DNA from: Pirellulales bacterium
GTDB lineage: Bacteria > Planctomycetota > Planctomycetia > Pirellulales > UBA1268
Direction: 5' to 3'
Assembly (NCBI GenBank): GCA_044337845.1
Contig: JBIIMU010000001.1
Coordinates: 1-32,498 of the forward strand
DNA length: 32,498 bases
Shown piece after piece: positions 1-7,238 of the stretch (the first letter of the stretch is position 1; each line of letters begins with the position of its first letter). Under the pieces are notes generated by a model. That model was given only the letters and a program-made list of their open reading frames with translations, searched no databases and was not told where the DNA came from. A program made the position numbers and the translations under genes.

Positions 1-236
1 TCGCAGCCGCTGCCGCGATGGGGGGCGTCGGCCGATCGACCGTGCCGCGCGGGGGCGGCGGCGTCGGGCGACGTCGTCCAGCTCGGCGTCGGCCCCTCGC
101 AGCCGTCGACGAACTCGCCGCCGGCGGCGTGTCCGCCGAGTGCCAGCGCCACCGCCACGACGAGACCGGCCGCGCGGACCGCGGGCGGCGGCACCGGCGG
201 GGGCGTCCGGACGGCGGCGAAGGGCAGGCTGACCAT
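1..236 (-). CDS. 5' end of a secreted/membrane protein (partial, runs off the window edge)
   Basis: The minus-strand frame is open from ATG at 236 to position 1. It is absent from the ORF track because it has no in-window stop. It translates to MVSLPFAAVRTPPPVPPPAVRAAGLVVAVALALGGHAAGGEFVDGCEGPTPSW..., with a hydrophobic signal/TM stretch. Third codon positions are almost all G/C. It is divergent from the kinase gene. Confidence 0.4.
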   Translation of the reverse strand, partial: MVSLPFAAVRTPPPVPPPAVRAAGLVVAVALALGGHAAGGEFVDGCEGPTPSWTTSPDAAAPARHGRSADAPHRGSGC

Positions 237-347
237 GGAAACCCGGGGACTGGGAGGGAGGGCTTCTATCAGGCCGCTCGGCTCCGGCTCCAGATGAGAT
301 GGGGGAAATGGGAGGGCCGGTCGCAATCGGGAGGCATCCGTGGTTTG

Positions 348-1856
348 ATGAAGGCTCGCCGCCAGCCTCCCACGCCAGCCATGAAGCCGACGACGGCCGA
401 CAACCTCCTGCACCTCGCCGGTGACCTCGACCTCGTGCCGCTCGGCCAGCTGGCGGAGGCGTTTTCGGAGTCCGGCGGGCACGCCCTCGATGCCCAGGCG
501 TTCGGCCAGGTGCTCGTCCGCCGCGAGCTGCTCACCGGCTTCCAGCTGGAGCGGCTGCTCCGCGGCGAACGCGGCGGCTACTTCTTCGGCCGCGCGAAGA
601 TCCTCTACCAGATCGGGGCGGGCTCGTTCGCGCGGGTCTACCGCGCGATCCACCGCGACACCGGCGCCGTGCTCGCCGTGAAGGTGCTTCGCAACCGGTT
701 CTCCAACGACCCCGAGAAGTGCCGCGCGTTCCAGCACGAAGGCGAGATGGGGCGGCTCCTGCGGCACCCGAACATCGTGGCCATCGAAGACGTGGGCCAG
801 CAGAACGGCGCCAGCTACCTGACGATGGAGTTCGTCGAGGGGCAGACCCTCCGCGAGCTGGTCAAGATCCGCGGAGCGCTCGACGCCTCGAAGGCACTCG
901 ATCTCATCCACCAGGCGGTCTGCGGCCTGGAGTATGCCCACCGCCGCGGCGTGACCCACCGCGACATGAAGGCCTCCAACGTGATCATCTCCTCGACCGG
1001 CCGCGCGAAGCTGGTGGACTTCGGCCTCGCCGGCGTCGACGAGTCGGGCGACAAGGTGCTCGGCCGCGTCGAGAAGCCCCGCACGATCGACTACGTGGCC
1101 CTCGAGAAGGCCACGGGTGTCCGCGACGACAGCATCCGGAGCGACCTCTACTTCCTCGGCACCGTGGCCTACCTCGCCCTCGCCGGCTCGGCGCCGCTCA
1201 CGGAATCCCGCGACCGTAGCGTGCGCGGCGACCCGCGCCGCTTCCAGCAGGTGGTGCCGCTGGGAACGAAGTGCCCCGACCTGCCCCGCGACGCGGTCGA
1301 GATCGTCTCGCGGATGATGCACTTCGATCCGCTCGAGCGCTACCAGACCGCCACCGACGCCAGGCTCGCCCTCGAGACGGCCCTCGCCCGGCGGGCGACC
1401 GGCGGCGACGCGGCCGCCCCGGCAGCCGCCGCGGCGACGGCGGTCCGGCCGACCACGCCCGCCGCGGCCCCGAAGGCCAAGGGCACGGTGATGCTCGTGG
1501 AGTCGGGCGAGAAGGCCCAGCAGGCGCTGCGGGAGTTTTTCGCGAAGCTCGGCTACCGCGTGCTCCTCACGGAGAACCCGCAGCGAGCCCTGGCGCGGTT
1601 CCTGAACACCCCCGTGCCGGCCGACTTCCTCGTGATCAGCACGCGGGAGATCGGCGCGGCGGCGGTCGAGGCCTTCAACCGGCTCACCACCGACGCCTAT
1701 CTCGCCGGCGTGCCGGCGGTGCTCCTCGTGAGCCCGCGGCAGGCCGAACTCGTGGCCGCGGCCAAGGCCGACGCGCGGCGGAAGGTGGTGAGCCTGCCAC
1801 TCCAGCCGGCCGAACTCGCGCGGGCGATCGACGAGATCCTCAAGCGACCGGCCTGA
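348..1856 (+). CDS. Ser/Thr protein kinase with C-terminal degenerate receiver-like domain
   Basis: ORF 18..1856 trimmed to ATG 348 (alternative ATG 381). Hanks motifs are present: GAGSFARVY (G-loop), LAVKVL (Lys), HRDMKASNVII (catalytic loop), DFGLAG. The C-terminal ~120 aa (TVMLVESGEK...ADFLVIST...AVLLVS...VVSLPLQPAEL) follow the CheY-like beta/alpha pattern. Confidence 0.85.
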   Translation: MKARRQPPTPAMKPTTADNLLHLAGDLDLVPLGQLAEAFSESGGHALDAQAFGQVLVRRELLTGFQLERLLRGERGGYFFGRAKILYQIGAGSFARVYRAIHRDTGAVLAVKVLRNRFSNDPEKCRAFQHEGEMGRLLRHPNIVAIEDVGQQNGASYLTMEFVEGQTLRELVKIRGALDASKALDLIHQAVCGLEYAHRRGVTHRDMKASNVIISSTGRAKLVDFGLAGVDESGDKVLGRVEKPRTIDYVALEKATGVRDDSIRSDLYFLGTVAYLALAGSAPLTESRDRSVRGDPRRFQQVVPLGTKCPDLPRDAVEIVSRMMHFDPLERYQTATDARLALETALARRATGGDAAAPAAAAATAVRPTTPAAAPKAKGTVMLVESGEKAQQALREFFAKLGYRVLLTENPQRALARFLNTPVPADFLVISTREIGAAAVEAFNRLTTDAYLAGVPAVLLVSPRQAELVAAAKADARRKVVSLPLQPAELARAIDEILKRPA

Positions 1857-1970
1857 TTCCCGCGCGGGCGATTTGAGCGGCGTCGCGCATCGGGTATCCT
1901 GCGGCCCATCGTGATGGCCTGCGAGGCGGCCGGACATCGCGACCCCGCTCCTCTCTCAACGACGGCCGCC

Positions 1971-3413
<1,443 letters not shown>

Positions 3414-3415
3414 GC

Positions 3416-4501
3416 ATGCTCTCCCGCGTGGCCGACAGCGTGTACTGGATGAACCGCCAGATCGAGCGGGCGGAAAACGTGGCCCGGGCCGTGGAGACCA
3501 CGCTCGACCTCGCGCTCGACGGCACGATCAGCCCCGGCCGCCTCTGGAACGCGCTGGTCTGCACGTTCGGCGACGAGTCCGACTTCTGGGCCCGCTTCGG
3601 CCTGGCCGACCAGGCCAACGTGATCTCCTTCCTGGCGTTCGACCAGGCGAATCCCAACTCGATCGCCTCCTGCCTGCAGGCCGCGCGGGAAAACGCCCGC
3701 ACCGTCCGCGACATGATCAGCACGCCGATGTGGGAGGAGATCAACAAGGCGCATCTCTACGTGCGGTCGGCCGCCGCGGCCAACGCGGAGATCGACCATC
3801 CCCGCGAGTTCCTCGACGACGTGAAGCGGGCGAGCCAGCTGATCACGGGCGTGGCCGACGCCACGATGTCGCACGGCGAGGCCTGGCACTTCGCCCGGAT
3901 GGGACGGCTCATCGAGCGGGCCGACAAGACGAGCCGGGTATTGGATGTGGAGCACTATTTTCAGCCGGCGGCTGCGCGAATCGCGCCGCCGGCTACCGGG
4001 ACCGCGGCCTACGGCTCGGGTCCCGGGTTTGACGCGGGGCTGCAGGGCAGGGCTGGGGCGGCTGTGCGAATCGCGCCGCCGGCTGCCGGGACCGCGGCTG
4101 ACGAGACGGAGGCGGTGGCCGTGCAGTGGTCGGCCGTGCTCGAGAGCGCCAGCGCCCTCGAGATGTACCGCAAGGTGCACGGGGCCGTGTCGCGGCGGAG
4201 CGTCGCCAACTTCCTGATCTTCGACCGGGAGTTTCCCCGGGCGATGCACTTCTGCCTGATCAAGGCGGAGGAGTCGCTGCTGGCGATCACCGGCGGCGCG
4301 AAGGGTGCCTACTCGAACCCGGCCGAACAGCGGCTCGGCCGGCTGCGATCGCACCTCGACTACGGCGCGATCGACGAGATCCTCGGCGGCCCGGGCGGCC
4401 TGCACGGATTCATCGACGGCTTCCAGACCGACCTCAACCAGGCGAGCCAGGCCGTGTTCGACACCTTCTTCGCCCTCCAGCCGGTGGGCACCACGGGCTG
4501 A
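3416..4501 (+). CDS. alpha-E domain protein (COG2307/DUF403), partner of the circularly permuted ATP-grasp
   Basis: ATG 3416 lies 2 nt after the ATP-grasp stop (TAG 3411-3413). The N-terminus MLSRVADSVYWMNRQIERAENVARAVE is the hallmark of the family. Later blocks are GEAWHFARMGRLIERADKTSRVLDV and WSAVLESASALEMYRK. It lies in the same frame as the tail of ORF 2225..4501. Confidence 0.85.
   Translation: MLSRVADSVYWMNRQIERAENVARAVETTLDLALDGTISPGRLWNALVCTFGDESDFWARFGLADQANVISFLAFDQANPNSIASCLQAARENARTVRDMISTPMWEEINKAHLYVRSAAAANAEIDHPREFLDDVKRASQLITGVADATMSHGEAWHFARMGRLIERADKTSRVLDVEHYFQPAAARIAPPATGTAAYGSGPGFDAGLQGRAGAAVRIAPPAAGTAADETEAVAVQWSAVLESASALEMYRKVHGAVSRRSVANFLIFDREFPRAMHFCLIKAEESLLAITGGAKGAYSNPAEQRLGRLRSHLDYGAIDEILGGPGGLHGFIDGFQTDLNQASQAVFDTFFALQPVGTTG
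3967..4098 (+). repeat. two 42-nt direct repeats (2 mismatches) spaced 90 nt apart, in frame inside the alpha-E CDS
   Basis: 3967-4008 reads ggcggctgcgcgaatcgcgccgccggctaccgggaccgcggc. 4057-4098 reads ggcggctgtgcgaatcgcgccgccggctgccgggaccgcggc. Each copy contains the palindrome gcgcgaAtcgcgc (degenerate in copy 2). They encode AAARIAPPATGTAA and AAVRIAPPAAGTAA. Confidence 0.9.
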
Positions 4502-4533
4502 CGGCGGGCTCCGCAGCCGCTGGCCCTCGTCAG
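4498..4533. terminator. possible bidirectional hairpin between convergent alpha-E and kdsB stops
   Basis: ctgacg(4498-4503) pairs with cgtcag(4528-4533), and gggc(4506-4509) pairs with gccc(4523-4526). The hairpin spans both stop codons. There is no U-tract. Confidence 0.3.
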
Positions 4534-5324
4534 CCCCCGCGGCAGCGGGCCACGAAGGCCGCATAGTCCTTCGGGGTGTCGATGCCGCGGGCGGCGTGAT
4601 CGATCCGCGCGGCCGCGATCGGGATGCCCGCCTCGACCACCCGCAGCTGCTCGAGGCTCTCGAGCGCCGCCAGCCGCGACTCGGGCAGCGCGTTCCAGCG
4701 GTCGAGGAGGCTGCGGCGAAAGGCGTAGAGCCCCACGTGCTGCCACCAGAACGGCGGCTCCGCGGCGAGCAGGCCGTCGCTCCAGTCGCGGGCGGCGGGC
4801 ACCGCGGCCCGGCTGAAGGTGAGGGCCCGCCAGCAGCCCGGCTCCTCGCGGCCGTCGGCCTGCCGCCACGGCGTGAGCACCGCCTTCACGCAGGCCGGGT
4901 CGCGGAGGTCGTCGGCGCTGCGAAGCGGCGTCACGAGCGTGGCCATGCCGGCCTCGGGGCAGCGGTCGAGCAGATCGATGGCGGCGTCGATGGCGGCGGC
5001 CGCGAGCTCCGGCTCGTCGCCCTGCACGTTCACGATCACGTCGGCGGCGGCGAGGCTCGGCAGCGCCTCCACGATCCGCGCGGTGCCGCTCGGCGCCTCG
5101 GGCGACGTCATCACCGCGGTGCCGCCGAACGCCTTCACGGCCGCCTCGATCTCGGGGCTGTCGGTGGCCACGATCACGTCGGTCGCGGCTCGCGAGCGGC
5201 GGGCGGCCTCGTAGGTGTGGGCGATCAGCGGGCGGCCGGTCTCGGCGAGGAGCATCTTCCGCGGCAGGCGGGTGCTCGAGAGGCGGGCGGGAATCACGAT
5301 CACGGCCGATCGGGCGGCGGGCAT
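4530..5324 (-). CDS. kdsB: 3-deoxy-manno-octulosonate cytidylyltransferase (CMP-KDO synthetase)
   Basis: 264-aa ORF. The N-terminal motif is VIVIPARLSSTRLPRKML, and it also has NVQGDEP and a HVGLYAFRR block, at the typical KdsB length. Confidence 0.9.
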   Translation of the reverse strand: MPAARSAVIVIPARLSSTRLPRKMLLAETGRPLIAHTYEAARRSRAATDVIVATDSPEIEAAVKAFGGTAVMTSPEAPSGTARIVEALPSLAAADVIVNVQGDEPELAAAAIDAAIDLLDRCPEAGMATLVTPLRSADDLRDPACVKAVLTPWRQADGREEPGCWRALTFSRAAVPAARDWSDGLLAAEPPFWWQHVGLYAFRRSLLDRWNALPESRLAALESLEQLRVVEAGIPIAAARIDHAARGIDTPKDYAAFVARCRGG

Positions 5325-5401
5325 GGCGGTGGTGTCTCCGAGGGCGGACTCTGGGCGGGATTGTCCGCGGCCGGCCGTTCGGCGGCTACGGCAGCTGTTG
5401 C

Positions 5402-5429
5402 TTGCGGGGCCGCCCGCGAGTGATACGAT
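5402..5429 (+). promoter_or_regulatory. candidate sigma70-type promoter of tRNA-Leu (TTGCGG-N16-TACGAT)
   Basis: TTGCGG lies at 5402-5407 and TACGAT at 5424-5429, preceded by TGa (extended -10 like). It ends 13 nt before the mature tRNA 5' end. The same architecture occurs upstream of tRNA-Lys. Confidence 0.35.
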
Positions 5430-5442
5430 CGGAGGTCCACTC

Positions 5443-5526
5443 GCCCGAGTGGCGGAATTGGCAGACGCGCAAGATTCAGGTTCTTGTCCAGGTAACTGGG
5501 TGGAGGTTCAAGTCCTCTCTCGGGCA
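5443..5526 (+). tRNA. tRNA-Leu (anticodon CAG), class II with long variable arm, no encoded CCA
   Basis: Acceptor gcccgag pairs with ctcgggc. The anticodon stem caaga/tcttg closes the loop ttCAGgt. The variable arm is ccaggtaactggg, and the T-arm is ggagg-ttcaagt-cctct. Confidence 0.92.
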
Positions 5527-5544
5527 TTCGCGGGGCGCCGCGTC

Positions 5545-5665
5545 TCAGGAGGCCGCAATCGCGTGAGCGATGCGGACCGCGGCCCACGAGAGGTCGTACG
5601 GCTCACGCCGTTACGCTTCCCGGCCACTCAGGAAGCCGCCATCGCGTGAGCGATGCGGACCGCGG
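5545..5665. repeat. REP-like two-hairpin intergenic repeat, locus A (1.5 units)
   Basis: Block 1 'tcaggaRgccgcMatcgcgtgagcgatgcggaccgcgg' occurs at 5545-5582 and again at 5628-5665. Block 2 'ggtcgtacggctcacgccgttacgcttcc' lies at 5592-5620. The same blocks recur at 12562-12664 and 30657-30775. Confidence 0.9.
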
Positions 5666-5680
5666 CGGGCGAGGGCTTCG

Positions 5681-6121
5681 TCACTCCGCCCGATCCGGAT
5701 GCTCGTCGCGAACACCCGCCGACACGTGCGTGGCCAAACCGTGCGGCTCCAGCTGGAAGATCTGCACCACCGTGCCGCTCGTGAAGGCGTGGACGATCGC
5801 CCCGGTCGCCGGCTCCACCACCACGGCGGCTTCCCGCACTTTCCGGCCGGTCAGGCGCTGAATCTCCTTGCGGAGCTCGTCGCACGACACCGCGAACAGC
5901 GCCCGGTGGTACTGCTCCACCTTCGCCGCCCCGGATTCGGAGCTGGCGAGAATCTTTTCCGCGGGGGTCAACGCCTCGTGGAGGGTCAGCACCACCGTAT
6001 CATCGCTGGCCACGACGGTCACGGCCTTCGGGGTGTGGCCCGTCCGCTCCGACTGCATCGACAGCGCGATCTCGGCCAGCTGCTTCGAGAAATCGCCCGG
6101 CATGGTTTTCTCGTTGCTCAT
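5681..6121 (-). CDS. DUF2294 domain-containing protein
   Basis: 146-aa ORF with GAGGAG 8 nt upstream of ATG 6121. The pattern ...TGHTPKAVTVVASDDTVVLTLHEALTPAEKILA...ELRKEIQRLTGRKVREAAVVVEPATGAIVHAF matches the DUF2294 fold pattern as I remember it. Confidence 0.75.
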   Translation of the reverse strand: MSNEKTMPGDFSKQLAEIALSMQSERTGHTPKAVTVVASDDTVVLTLHEALTPAEKILASSESGAAKVEQYHRALFAVSCDELRKEIQRLTGRKVREAAVVVEPATGAIVHAFTSGTVVQIFQLEPHGLATHVSAGVRDEHPDRAE

Positions 6122-6228
6122 CGGATCGGCTCCTCGGCGTGTCTCGGCGGACCAGCGGACTCATCGTGGCTCGTGTCGTGCCCACTGTAGCAGCGCGGTG
6201 CGACCCTGGGGCGGAGGCCGCGGCGTCG

Positions 6229-6399
6229 TCACACGGATCCAGGGCCGTGCGTGCGGCGAAATCGCTGGGGAGAGAAGCCGGTGAGGACGCTGAACAGTCT
6301 GGTGAAATGACTCGGGGAACAGACTCCGAGATCGAACGACAGTTGGGCCGGTGATCGCGTCGCCGATGGCCTCCGACACGTGACCGGCTTCGTCGCCAT
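6229..6399 (-). pseudogene. relic of an AraC-family regulator (C-terminal HTH half only)
   Basis: The ORF tail reads ...SPAQLSFDLGVCSPSHFTRLFSVLTGFSPQRFRRT, which is the second HTH of AraC/XylS. The preceding helix (GHVSEAIGDAITG) is in another frame. There is no room for an N-terminal domain before the neighbouring CDS at 6471. Confidence 0.4.
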
Positions 6400-6470
6400 G
6401 ACCGAGCAGGATGCGTCGGCCGAGCCCGCACCATGGAGGTCGCGATGCCCTTCCGGCACCGTCGGCGGGG

Positions 6471-7019
6471 TCAGCGCGGCGCGGCCGGCACGAGGCGAAT
6501 CTGCCGGATGTCGCAGGCCGCTTGCTTCGCGATCCGCTCCGGCTTGACGCGGAGCACGTGCTCGCCGGCGGCGAGCGTCAGGCGGCCGACGGTGCGGGCC
6601 CGAAACGCCTGAAAGCCGCCCGTGTCCTCGACCACGAAGCGGATCGTCGGCGGGGCGGCGCGTGCGGGATCGACGACGACGATCATGTCGCTGCCGCCCT
6701 GCCCCTTGCCGCAGCCCTGCAGCACCTCCACGTCGAAGTCGCCCGCGGCCTCGACGGCAAACGTCCACTCCGCGGCGTCCTCCGCCTTCGTCCAGAAGCC
6801 GAGCGTCCGCTTCTTCTCCTCGGGCTCCCAGCGGAGGGTCGTGCCGCGGATCGTGGCCACGCTGCCGGAGAGCACGATCGTGCCGTCGGCGGACGGCATC
6901 ACCACCGACATCGCGGCAGGCGGTGCCGCCGTCTCGACCGGCACGGCCGTCGCGGGCCCCGACGGCGTGACCGCCGCCGCCAGCAAGACCAGCACCGTGC
7001 CCTGGAGAACTCGTCGCAT
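6471..7019 (-). CDS. small secreted protein with carbohydrate-binding-module-like domain
   Basis: ORF 6471..7151 trimmed to ATG 7019, because the upstream part overlaps tRNA-Lys. The signal peptide is MRRVLQGTVLVLLAAAVTPSG. The block LRWEPEEKKRTLGFWTKAEDAAEWTF...VEVLQGCGKGQGGS...FVVEDTGGFQAFR...DIRQIRLVP resembles a module I recall attached to planctomycetal or verrucomicrobial glycosidases. The product call is tentative. Confidence 0.7.
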   Translation of the reverse strand: MRRVLQGTVLVLLAAAVTPSGPATAVPVETAAPPAAMSVVMPSADGTIVLSGSVATIRGTTLRWEPEEKKRTLGFWTKAEDAAEWTFAVEAAGDFDVEVLQGCGKGQGGSDMIVVVDPARAAPPTIRFVVEDTGGFQAFRARTVGRLTLAAGEHVLRVKPERIAKQAACDIRQIRLVPAAPR

Positions 7020-7041
7020 GCTGCCGTGCTCCGCGGGTGTG

Positions 7042-7069
7042 TTGCCCGGCCTCGGGCCGCCAGTACGAT
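7042..7069 (+). promoter_or_regulatory. candidate sigma70-type promoter of tRNA-Lys (TTGCCC-N16-TACGAT)
   Basis: TTGCCC lies at 7042-7047 and TACGAT at 7064-7069, ending 7 nt before the tRNA 5' end. It has the same -10 hexamer and spacer length as the tRNA-Leu candidate. Confidence 0.4.
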
Positions 7070-7076
7070 ACCCCGT

Positions 7077-7150
7077 GGGGCTGTAGCTCAGTTGGTTAGA
7101 GCATCGGACTTTTAATCCGTTGGTCCTGGGTTCGAGTCCCAGCAGCCCCA
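7077..7150 (+). tRNA. tRNA-Lys (anticodon UUU), no encoded CCA
   Basis: Acceptor ggggctg pairs with cagcccc. The D-arm is gctc-agttggtta-gagc, the anticodon loop is cTTTTaa, the variable loop is tggtc, and the T-arm is ctggg-ttcgagt-cccag. Confidence 0.92.
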
Positions 7151-7238
7151 CTGCCTTCGGGCCTTTTCACGGGCGGCCGGCCGGGATTCGCCATACCGAA
7201 ATGCGGCACGGCAGCCCGCCGGCATGTAATATTCCAGC

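Noticed and set aside
18-347. 5' extension of the kinase ORF (MGGVGRSTVPRGGGGVGRRRPARRR…)
   Set aside because: It is an Arg/Gly-rich, low-complexity translation typical of an off-frame read in GC-rich DNA. It has no kinase-family similarity. It overlaps a better minus-strand CDS start (1..236) with a signal peptide.
4305-5423. 372-aa plus ORF across the kdsB locus
   Set aside because: It is antisense to a clear kdsB gene and its composition is dominated by A/G/R.
5545-5665. Tandem repeat units as a possible mini-CRISPR array (also at 12562 and 30657)
   Set aside because: There are only 1.5-2 units per locus and no unique spacers of constant length. No cas genes are present. The units contain two oppositely oriented hairpins typical of REP/BIME-like elements.
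5443-7150. Idea that the tRNA-Leu to tRNA-Lys interval is an integrated genomic island
   Set aside because: There is no integrase and no direct repeat of either tRNA 3' end. GC and codon style look native. Only the AraC relic hints at past rearrangement.
7020-7151. N-terminal extension of ORF 6471..7151
   Set aside because: It would be translated through the antisense of tRNA-Lys and its promoter. An internal ATG at 7019 gives a proper signal peptide.
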